Below the pieces are notes generated by a model. It did not search any database and was not told the origin of the DNA. It saw only the letters and a program-made list of their open reading frames with translations. A stretch of 64,000 nt of DNA from Podarcis vaucheri (lineage: Eukaryota). Below, one piece after another: positions 1-10,090 of this stretch. The stretch lies in the NCBI GenBank assembly GCA_965113315.1, contig OZ220377.1; one strand, given 5' to 3'. Position 1 is the stretch's first letter; each line of letters begins with the position of its first letter. The position numbers were made by a program, and so were the translations under genes.

Positions 1-204
1 ACAAAGGAGTTTCACACATTGCCTGATAGATGATGGAACCCCTCCATGTTGCCTCCGTTTATAAAAGTTTGTGATTTATCCACATCAATAATATTGGGGT
101 AGTTCCCCCTTGAGCAGAGGCAATGGAGAAGAGAAATCACAGATACTGAACACAGAGATCAACAGAGGGTAAGAATCTACAGGTTTTTTGAGGGAGCAAC
201 CTAT

Positions 205-244
205 AGGGGCAACCCAACTAGATGGGCAGGGTATAAATAATAAA

Positions 245-289
<45 letters not shown>
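205..289 (+). mobile_element. 5'-truncated 3' tail of a LINE/SINE (L2-type) ending in (TTA)n
   Basis: GGGGCAACCCAACTAGATGGGCAGGGTATAAATAATAAAA followed by about 15 TTA units, a tail I recognise as common in lacertid genomes. Confidence 0.55.
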
Positions 290-779
290 TGTTAATAAGG
301 TGTTCTGGGCAGCCATCAGGGGAAAGTTGTGCTGTTCATTACTTTGCAAGTTAAAAAGACTTTTCCATACTCCTTTTACCATCCCTTCCCACATGGCAAA
401 GAATACAACAACTTACATAGCACTGGGGAATTCTGATACCCCAAGAACAGAAGTGCAACCCTGAGGAGAATGCACAGGGTTATGCGCAACACAACAGCAA
501 AACAGGCGATTGTCCTGAGAGTGTTGTCTTGCTTTATTTTGGACCAGGCTGGGTGTCCCTGGCATTGCAAAGTGTTCTAGGCTTTTCAGTCAAGGCAAGC
601 AGAACTCAATAGCCAGCAGGTGCGCGGCTGTACAGCTGAGCCTCAACAACCGCTTCCTGTGCTTAGATATTTGTCCTGGTTACTCTGAAATGCTTGAAGG
701 GGACCATTGAAAAGTGTCAGATACATAAAAACGAACATGGTGTGTGCAAAGCAGGCCCTGCCTGGGGCTGAGAGGGAGC

Positions 780-1700
780 CTGCCAGGCCGAACTCTCCCG
801 CCCTCGGAAGAGAGACTATAGACGGCGCCGCGGTGCTCGGAATGAAGCGCGGTCCTTTTCTTCGATGGGGCTTCCTCGCAAGGTAAACGAGCGAGCCGGC
901 GCCCGATGGAGCCCCTTCGCCAGGCCCTCAGGAGCCCGCTCCGGAAGCGCCACGAGGGAAGGTTGCGGCGGCGGGAAACTGTGGCGGGACGGAGCCCAGG
1001 AAGCCGAAGGCAACTGAGCCGCAGGCCGAGGCTGCCGCTCGCCAAGAGGCCTGGCCTCGAGGGACGCTGAGGCGGCGGATAGACATACTTGGAATCTCCC
1101 ACACCGGTAGGAGGAGCCCCGCCGGGCTGTGAAAGTGGGCACTGGGCCCCGGTGTGTGGGGCGACTCTTAGCCGGCGAGGCCTTCAGAGCCTAAGCCCAA
1201 AGCCAGGACAAAGGGGCCTCATCCGGCCCGCTCAGCGCCCTGTTCTCACAGTGGCCCGTCAGGCGCCTCTGGGAAGCCCGTCACTCGTGGTGGAGTGTAG
1301 GCCTCCCCTTAGTCCCAAACCCCACGGACCCCAGCTAGGGAGGAAGGGCAGCAGGAGTCTCGGACGGGAGCCACTCATTCATTCATTCCCCCCCCCCCCT
1401 TTAACCACAGGAGAGCGTGTCGCCGCCGCCGCCCATCGAATGGGCGCGTGTGTGCACCAGGTAGCGATGAGAAACGGTGGGCAGGGAATTGCGCAGGGGG
1501 ACTTCAGGTTTCCGGCTAGCGCCTTTCAGGTAAGGCTTTTAAAAAGGTAAGGCGGAGCTCTAAACTCTGGGGAAGGAATCGCCTTCCTTTCTTGCCTGGG
1601 GCGATCGACAGCAACCCTTGAAACCGCGGTGACTTTCGCGGGCGCCCTTGGCTGAACTGGCTAGGGTCGATGGCGTCGGGCGACATCCGGAATATAGGAC
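780..1700. promoter_or_regulatory. Second CpG island, probable promoter of an unidentified transcript
   Basis: Dense unmutated CpGs, an E2F-like TTTCGCGG near 1634, ETS-like TTCCGG/CCGGAA motifs, and strong donor sites at 1530 and 1547. Confidence 0.6.
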
Positions 1701-1911
1701 ACTGCCTTGAACTGAGTCAGAATCATTGGGTCAGCTAGCTCAGTATTGTCTACACAGACTGGCAGCACCTCTGTGAGGTAATGTGGTACCAGGGTAATAT
1801 GGCGCCCTGAGCAAGAACAAAATTTGGCACCTCCCCCTCCAAATAGTTCTTATTTTCACAATAATTCATTTTGATACAGCTGCTTTTTAATAGATCTTCT
1901 CAGAATATACC

Positions 1912-1956
<45 letters not shown>

Positions 1957-2090
1957 GTGCCCCCTCAACTTAGCACCCTGTGTGGGGGAACCACCCTAAA
2001 TCCGGCGCTTCAGGTAATGTCCCCCAGCCCTACCTGGAGATGCTGCTGGGGCTTTCATGTACAAGCCAGATGCTCCACCACTGAGCTACT
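1694..2090 (-). mobile_element. tRNA-derived SINE (Squam3-like), split by an insertion at ~1785-2010
   Basis: The reverse complement starts GTAGCTCAGTGGTGGAGCATCTG (A-box head) and ends GTAGACAATACTGAGCTAG...CTGACTCAG..AAGGCAGTGTCCTAT. It is homologous to the copy at 31569. Confidence 0.7.
1785..2010. mobile_element. Degenerate non-autonomous DNA-transposon-like insert containing (TTA)n at 1912-1955
   Basis: Interrupts the SINE and ends in CTAAATCCGGCGCT (TIR-like). AGGTAATGT occurs on both sides (1776-1784, 2012-2020). The left TIR is not recognisable. Confidence 0.4.
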
Positions 2091-3836
2091 TCTCTTCCAA
2101 AGGGCCACGAGCCCCCCTGCTCTGCCTTAAAAGGAGAGCAAGCATTGAGCAGCAAGGCAGAGTGAAACTGAGGAGGGAGGCGGGAAGGAGCCTTTTGGAC
2201 TGCCTGGCTCTGTTTCTTTCTTACGGCATGATCTTTGGCATCACTCTGCCTCAGTTTCCTGCTGGGCAAGAGGAATAGTGATTCCTTGTCCTGGAGAATG
2301 TAATAGGCAGAAGAGAAAGCACTAGCCAAGGTCAAAGGATACTTTACAGCCCTCTGACCTCTGGGCCTTATTAAAGATCTTATTAAAGATCTAGATGACT
2401 TTTTGCTTTTAGAACAGGCTCTTTGCCTAGGCTGAAGTGAGGGCCACTGATGGGGAAATGCTGAATATAGGCAGACTCTGTTGTGGCTTGAAGATGGGGC
2501 TCAGCTCAGAGGCTGCTTTGCACACCAGATGCATAGGTTGCAGGGCTGAACCAGGAATTCTGGTGCTGCTGGGTGTTCTTGTGTCCTTGAAGCAAGTGTC
2601 TGCCCAGCCCTAAGAAAGAGCAAGCATTTGCAGAATATGTACTTTTTCTCTGGTCTTAGTCAGCGGACAGGCTTGTAAGGCTTGCTTAGACAGTCCCATC
2701 CTAGAACATTGTACTGTGGCTAGAAATGTTTGACCTGAAATACATCTCTAGGACCAAGTGCCTTTGATTCACTAACTGGTAACACCCAATTAGTGAGTTT
2801 GAGGCAGCTCCGTGTGCAGCTTGCCAGGATGCAAGGCATGAAGGCTGGATATGTCTCAAGGGGTTGGTGGGCAGGGAGACAAGAGACTGCCCATCCAAAG
2901 GTTAAGTCGATTTAGAGTGGCAAGAAAAATTGTGGTGATTGGTCAGGAAAGGATGCGTGGCCATCATGGTGCTGTGAAGAGTGTACTTAATGGCAGAGCA
3001 ATTCTTGATGCACCAACACATCTTCAGTGTAAGATAAGCTATATTCTAGCTGTTCCTGGCCGGAGGGTGGGATGGAGACAGTATAAATCTTTATTTTTTG
3101 CCACTCCTATAGGGTGAATTTAAGATACATTTGCGCTTTCAGGTGGTGTACACCAAGACTGTGTACACATTACCAGCTTAAAATGCAGCTAGGTATTTCC
3201 CCCCCAATTTGGGTCGAAGCTGGTTTTTGGGAAAGCACTTCAAAATGCCGCATGTCATAGAAAACTACAGGAAACATGCAGGATGGACAGGGACCATGTT
3301 TAATGTGTGGACACCACTTCCAAAAGCAGTGGTTGGAGCACACCAGATGCAGAGTGAACAGGAATATGTACACAACCCTGGTTCTGTGGGTAAGGCAAGT
3401 GAATGAAGAGTGTTAGGATGCAGGGCAACTTCCTCTCCCTGCCCTCTACATGTCCATTCCCTCCATCACCCTCTTGACATATCTCCTTTTTTGCCCTCTA
3501 CATCAGAACAACAGCAACCAGCAGGGGTTTCCCCTCAGTTGAGGTAAGCAGATATGGTGGGTTAAGCCATTTATGCTGGCTCATGCCCAACTCACCAAGA
3601 GATGGGAATATATGCTACATCCTGACCTCTCCCAACTGGAATATCTGGGGGTTGGGATTGCACTGTTAGCTCTTGGATGAGAGGTTCTGCTTCTGTGGCT
3701 GGTGCCAGGATATGCTTTAAGGATGTTAAGCTGCAGCTATGCATGTACAACAGCGCACACAATGGGGGCCACTTCAAACATGGGGACCCATTTCTTTAGT
3801 TTTTGTAAAAGCATGCAGTAGTGGGGCTATTGTGAC

Positions 3837-4001
3837 CATAGCTGTCAACCTTCCCTTTTTTTGCAGGAAATTCCCTTATTCCAGTGCCGTTTCCCACTGC
3901 TTCCCACTGCTATCCTGGATTGTTAGATATCCTGTAGACTGTCCCCGGGACAGATGAGGCTGCTGATCCCTTATTTTCAAATCTGAAAGTTGACAGCTAT
4001 G
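3837..4001. mobile_element. hAT-type MITE, 165 bp
   Basis: Perfect 13-bp TIRs CATAGCTGTCAAC / GTTGACAGCTATG. 8-bp TSD ATTGTGAC / GTTGTGAC (7/8). Confidence 0.85.
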
Positions 4002-4181
4002 GTTGTGACCCACCTTAGATCAGGCAACATCCTAGCAGTGGCTCCTGACCCACCAGTTGAAGTAGTGGCCTCCAAGGGCACTTTCAATTCTGTGATTCCA
4101 GAATTCATATATTTAAGAACAGGGGTAAGGCAGACTTCAGACTTGATTATATGTGTGTGCGCGTGCACGTGCCTGCGTGCA

Positions 4182-4287
4182 CTGAAACAAAGAAAGCTTG
4201 GGGGAGAACCAGTATACTAGTGCATACATACATATACACACACTCTTACTAGTATACTGGTTCTCCCCCAAGCTTTCTTTGTTTCAG
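4182..4287. repeat. Perfect 40-bp inverted repeat with a 26-nt spacer
   Basis: 4182-4221 CTGAAACAAAGAAAGCTTGGGGGAGAACCAGTATACTAGT is the exact reverse complement of 4248-4287. Confidence 0.95.
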
Positions 4288-4739
4288 CAATATTATTATT
4301 GTGTTTTATAAAGCCTTTTTGTTGTTGCTTTTGTTAGCCAGTTGGTAGTCAGAAACCCCTTGGATCTAGATCTACCTTCAGTCCACCCCTGTGTTAGAAT
4401 GTACACAGCATTGCAACAGATGTCTCTCACAACCATCCAGGCTCTGATCTAGCTCAGGTTTGGCACAGGGAGGTCTGCCTGATGAATCGGAGGTAGCTCC
4501 TCAGCGCTGTAGGCTTGTGAGCACTGCAGGAGCTGCAGAGTTGCTGGGGGAATCCTTGGTTGTAACTGAATTGCCCCTGTGGGGTGGGGAAGTGCCCCTC
4601 TCCTGGAGCAAAGAGAAGAGAGCTGAGGTGCACCCAGTAGGCAGCTCTTTGCCAGCGATGCAAACCCCTTTCCCCGTCCATATTCGCTTGGAGCAATTCC
4701 AAGCCCTAGGTCAGCCTGTCCACAGGATAAGAGCCTTTG

Positions 4740-5620
4740 AGCCAGTCCGGACAGAGGCTGGGCGCCGGGATGACCTCTTGCCACTGCCCGCTGGAAGCGG
4801 AAACTGCCTAGCGTGGTAGCGCCGACTTGGTGGCTTAGGAGCGTCCAGGTGAGAAGGACTGTTGGGTTCGCCTCGGCTCGGGCTGCCCTCCTCCGGGCAT
4901 TCCTCGGGGTGGTCTCCGGAAGGGCGCGGGAGAGCGGGCGGGCAAGCAGCGCGCGCCCAGCCCCGGGAAGGCACCTGCCCGCGAGCGCACCTGCCCCTGC
5001 CTGGCCGGAGGTTAGCGCTCGAGGAGAGCGAGGGAGGCGTCCCCTTCCCTCTCGCCTCCCCCCGCGGCCTGTGTGGGCGGGGATGTGGGAGCCCGCCCCG
5101 CTCCTCCCTTCCTGCGCGCTCGCTCCTCGCTGGCTCGCCGGCTGACAGTAGCAGCAGCTGGGCGCAGCGCTAGGCGGGCAGGCGAGCGAGCAGGAGGGCA
5201 GGCGAGCGCGGAGCATCCGACGACGGGGGAAGCTGGCGAGGGCCGGCCAGGGACACGGGCAGCGGCAGAGGCAGGGCGCCCGCCCGCCCGCGGCACCGGC
5301 CCCCCTGGATGGCATGTGGCTGGTCACTTCTTGCCTCCTGCTGCTCAACTCCTGGACCAGCCCAGGTAGGCGAGGGCGGAGGCGCCCCGTCGGGTCGGGA
5401 ACTTTTCTAGCCGAGCCGCTCCGGAATGCCCGGCGGCTCCCCAACGCCACTTGCGCCCGGCTCCAGGGAGCTCTTCCTCCTGGTCAGCCCCTCGCACTTT
5501 CTGACTCTTTCGCGGTGGAAGCGCCCTTCGGCTTCGGGGAAGAGGGTGCTTCCTGACCTGCCAGCGACGGAGGGGGCACCCTACACTGGCGCCCCCACCC
5601 CTCCCGTCGCCGGTGCTTGG
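4740..5620 (+). promoter_or_regulatory. CpG island: DSCAML1 promoter, 5'UTR and exon 1
   Basis: Very GC- and CpG-rich, contains GC boxes (GGGCGGG) and surrounds the start codon. The exact TSS cannot be determined from sequence. Confidence 0.85.
5314..5365 (+). CDS. DSCAML1: DSCAML1 coding exon 1 (signal peptide, MWLVTSCLLLLNSWTSP + 1 nt)
   Basis: ATG at 5314 in GGCATGT context inside a CpG island. The hydrophobic peptide resembles the vertebrate DSCAML1 N-terminus (MWLVTFLLLL...). Donor CAG|GTAGG at 5365/5366 is phase 1 and joins in frame to exon 2 (G+CG = Ala). Confidence 0.9.
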
Positions 5621-8600
5621 GCTAGTTCAGACTTGCACTTTGGTCTGCTTTTGACCAGTGTGTAGCTCCTCTTTCTCCAAAGGTGGTTGGTGGGCGTTGT
5701 GGAAAACGATCCTAATGTGATCCAGAACTCTAGGGTTTTTTTTGTTTTTGCACGGGGAGTTCTCAGATTTGTCAGGGATGCTATGCTGCTAGCTGTGTCC
5801 CCCCCATCTTGAGGTGGGGATGGCCTATATTTTGCTTTGCTTTGTGTGTCTCCCCCCCCACATTCCCCCAAATATATATGTGTGTGTGTAGGGCACCCCT
5901 TCTGCCAGGCTCTCCCAGAAGAAGCATCAACCCTGGGGAATGTTGGTGTTGTCTGCTTTTGGGTTTCTGTTCTGGTGAATGTGAATTTTGGGTTAGCAGG
6001 GGCTGTGCCCGGGAGCCTGGCACAGGCTGGGCAGGCAGAGAGCAAGTCTGGATCCCTGAGCTGGCAATTATTGCCATTAACTCTTTGTAGCCTCTGAAAT
6101 TCATTCATCAGGGAAATTAAAAATAACGCACCCCCGCCTCTCCTCAGCCCATCTCTGCAGAAATGTATTTAATTACGTGAATGTTGAATAGATACCAAGG
6201 CAGCATCTCCCTGTGTGTTCGAGCAAGAATTCCAAGGCTTAAAGCTGCCAGCGATACTTTTAGAGCTTTGTTCTTCTGTCCCCAGTTGTCAAAGTCAACG
6301 TTGAGCCATATTCTAATCCCATAAGATAGTTCAAACCCTGATATGCCTTTAAAATAACAGCCTCCCCTCTAGGAGTGCTTTACTAAATCTAGCCCAGCAG
6401 TTGGAAAGGAATCAGATTTGGAAAAGGGGGGATATGAGCCAATTCAGTTGTCAGGGCAATGCAATTCTTTAAGAAGCAAGGTTCTGTTTGGAACTGGAAG
6501 CTGGGTTTTGGGGGTCTTCTGTACAGAAATTGGGCCCCGACTAATGAAGCCATTGTAACCAGAAGGGAATTGGATGTTGCATCGGATGAAATTACAACCC
6601 GGTTTAGTGTAATCGATCTGTGTTGCATAAAAGGATGGGCAATTTGCAGCTTCTGCCATCTGTTTGGTGCACAATCCACAAGAACAATCATGCAAGCGCT
6701 GCAATTTGGGGGGTGCCTGCCTGCCTGCCTTCCCTTTCACAGGTTCCACTGTGAGATTTTATCCTGTCATGCCTTGTGAGCAAAGCAAAGTGTCTCTCCT
6801 TCTTTTGGCTCCAATCAGACAGACTGTTAAGAGAGCAACATACAGAAATTGGGTGGTTGCTGTAGAATGAATACCTATTTGTTTGTTTTAGCACATTTTA
6901 AATGTTTTGTTTGTTTTGGGCAGAATAGTTATGTGAATGCCAGTTATTAATCATAAAGTAACTTTTTAATTAAAGCTAGGGCTAGTCTGTTTTTGCGGGT
7001 AGCATCCCCCCCCCCAGATCTCTCTGTGTTGAGGTTCTGCTTGTCTCTGTCATCCATGCCAGCATCTGATTTGCCTGCATTTGCATTTTGACTGTGCAAA
7101 AGGAAGAGGGGGGAAAACACACACAATGTGTGCTATATTCCCTTTGATTTTTTCACAGGCAAAATAATAATTGTTTGTACTAGATTGATTGATTAGTTTC
7201 ATTCCCAGTGGTTTGGGAAAGTGTCTTTGGTGGTAGCAGCTGTTCAGTCTTTGAGAAGACCAAATTGAGTCTTCCTCAACAGAATCTCGCACAGCCTCAT
7301 CCCCTTTTTGGAAGCCATGATTTTTTTTAAATGGACCCCTAACTGCTTCTTTGTTAGAAAGTGTTAAAATGGAGCAGTTCCAGAAAGTGAATAACAATAC
7401 GATAGGTTACATTATATTAGGGTGAGAAATGATATTGCTTAATGCATGAAAAGCGTTTTGGATACTTAATATATTTGGGCATCTAAGCACAACAGTTTAA
7501 TGGGCTTCTGTTGTAGAAAAGGGCTCTGTTATAACAAAAAAGCAAATAAACATTTGATCCAAGGGAACACTAAAGTTTGAGGGGGAAACCGTCAATGGGT
7601 TGGAGCCCATTTCCCAGATTTATATACAGGCGGCTAACAAGTGTATGTGGGTATCTCACTGGGCAGAGAGCTCAGTGTCACTGCTTTTACGACTTGGGAG
7701 CAGAGGAGAGGGATGTGAGCAACTCTGCTTGCTTTGCAGACATGTCCAGTGTCATGGCTGGGTATCCATGGCTTGGCGCAGGGTGGTGGTGGTGGTGGTG
7801 GGGGGATGCTTGCAATTCTGTTTCCACCCCACCTCTGCCTGCTGCATCCTATTTATGTGGAGCTTTTCTCATATTAAAATCAGGCAGCTATTTAGTTCCC
7901 ATTTGCACCACTTCTGTTCCCTCCCTTGTGCCTCCCCCTCATTGTGCTTTGTTTGTCTTAGAAATTAAACATGGGATCCTCATTAAGCTGTAGAGAAAGG
8001 GCTGGTTTGACATGTTCCAGGTTCTGCTAAATAGCAGCGGCATTGGAAGCTAACGGATGGGGGCAGGGGAAGTTGCCCACCCCTGCATGACTGCTAAGCC
8101 TTGATGACCCATTGCCTGGGGTCCTCCAAACCCCAAGTTGGCTGCCAAGCAGCATACCTTTAAAATCTAGGGGGTGATGCCCCCATTATCTATCTCGGCT
8201 GGAGCTTTTGGCGCTCTTGAGAGCAAGCTGGGCACAACTTGGCTCCAGGCTTGGTGATGGAATTTAGTGACACGTAGCCATCTCTCCCCCCTCCGGTGTT
8301 AACTGCACCGGTGAGAGTGGGCAGAATTTCATATTTGTTTCGTAAGCACCCTCCATACCCTTCTCTTGTCATTATTTCCCCCCTGCTAGGCTGGCATTGG
8401 AGGGGCTGCCTGAGCCCCCCTGTCTCATTCCCAGCAGCGGAGGAGCTCTGTGAGAGAGGAAGAGCTGAGGCGTCTCTCACATTCTGTGGCTCAGATCCTC
8501 CCAACATGGCGGCCCACACGTTCTGCAATGTGCCAGGAGGTGTGATTTCTTCCCTTCTCCAAACAGCATGGACTAACCACCTGCCACTCTATACCAGAGA

Positions 8601-9774
8601 AGGAGGCAATTGGGAAGCCAGTTTTCCATATTAGGAAAAGCAGTTTGAAAGGCCTCTTCAATTTCAGTTCCTTGAGAAATCGGAAAGGAGCAAAAATATT
8701 TATTGTATCTGAATGGAAGTGGAAAAAAATCTGCTGGATTTCAGCTTTTTCTTCCATCTGTGTTTGTTGTTTGTATTTCCTCATCCTCAGTAAGCCTTCA
8801 ATTTGTGGCAAATCATGCAAAGAGGTTTTCCCTTAAAATGTAGCTAAATATTTTTCCTTTAAAAAAATGATATGGTGGCCTTTGCCAATGTGCTGAATAG
8901 CATTGCTTGGCTGTAATGTCCCCACCAGCTCACTTTTAGCTTACCCTTGATGGAGGTGTGTGAGTGTGTGCATTTGAACCCTGTGTGCATTATCTTGAAG
9001 TGCCTGGTAGACATGGCGGTTGGGTGAGATGAACAGAACTCTGGAGAGAGGCTTCTGAAAGCTCCTGCCTTCTCTAGACTTGCAGAATAATAGAGCTGGG
9101 TCAGAGCTTCTCCCAGCAAGGGAAGTTGTGGTGGCAATTAGTAATTTGTGTATTCAAAATGGTGCAAACAGCTTATTGCCCATTGCCTAAAATGGAATGG
9201 AGCTGAGAGAAGCTGAAACAAAACTCACACTGGGTGCCAGAAATTGGTGCACTGCCCTCCTATGGCTGATCAGCCCAATTTCAAGCAGTGCATAGCCTCT
9301 CCTTGTATGTTTTATATTTTATTTTTTCAACTTGTATTTTAAAAAATTCCAGAGTCATTAACATAACAAATCTTTAAAACACAAAAACACCCACTCCACA
9401 GATTCACCACATTATCCTTGTAAATTTAATGTGGTGGTTGGTGAGTTTTCCAAGATATATATATGTGTGTGTCTGTGTTTAGCAAGGGGTGTGGGATCTT
9501 AGCATGAGACATCGGTGGCAGGGAGGGGAGATCTCATTGGGGCCATTGGGGCGAGGCATGCATTGGATGCATGACTATGCAGATAGTGTTCTGGGTGTGG
9601 CAAAGGAGATGCTTGTGCTTCTGCAATTCTGTAATTGCTTCAATTGCACCACAGTCTCTTCCCTGCTGCCGCTTGATTTCCAGTGTTTAGCTGTCTCTGT
9701 CCCAGTCAAGACTTCCAGAAGGATGCCAGCTCCTCATTCCCACACAGGGAACTGTTAACCTGGATGCTCTTGAT

Positions 9775-10090
9775 CAGGGGTCAGCAAAGTTTTTGTGGCT
9801 TGGGCTGGTTCATGGTCCTGCAGACGCTGTGGTGGGCCGGAGTGCAGGCACACGCACAAATGCGCAAACGCTATTTCCGGCACTCCTTCCGGTGCGGAGG
9901 AGGCATGCACAGCTTCCTGCAGCCAACGGGATGCCTGCCAGTGTCACGGAAGGCGTTCCCTGCTTTGCTGCACACTGGTTTAGCGTGGCACACGGGAGAT
10001 GACTGAGCGGGTGACAGGGGCCCATGGGCCGGTTTTAAACGGCCCCCATGGGCCGCTTGTGGCCCATGGGCCTTAGGTTGCCGACCCCTG
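9775..10090. mobile_element. hAT (Charlie/Buster-like) MITE, 316 bp
   Basis: TIRs CAGGGGTCAGCAA / TTGCCGACCCCTG and a perfect 8-bp TSD CTCTTGAT. The interior is CpG-rich and related to 60266-60627. Confidence 0.92.

Noticed and set aside
680-1550. ORFs of 108-153 aa in the upstream CpG island
   Set aside because: Same GC-content artefact, with no recognisable protein similarity.
3143-3389. Candidate internal exon (TTTCAG| acceptor, TGG|GTAAGG donor)
   Set aside because: No recognisable protein similarity, and such site pairs occur often by chance. It is unsupported without transcript data.
5143-5313. N-terminally extended DSCAML1 isoform
   Set aside because: There is an in-frame TGA at 5143-5145 and no in-frame ATG between it and 5314.
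4449-5450. 333-aa minus-strand ORF and other ORFs over the promoter
   Set aside because: Low-complexity R/A/G/P-rich translation, expected from stop-codon scarcity in a GC-rich island. No domain is recognisable.
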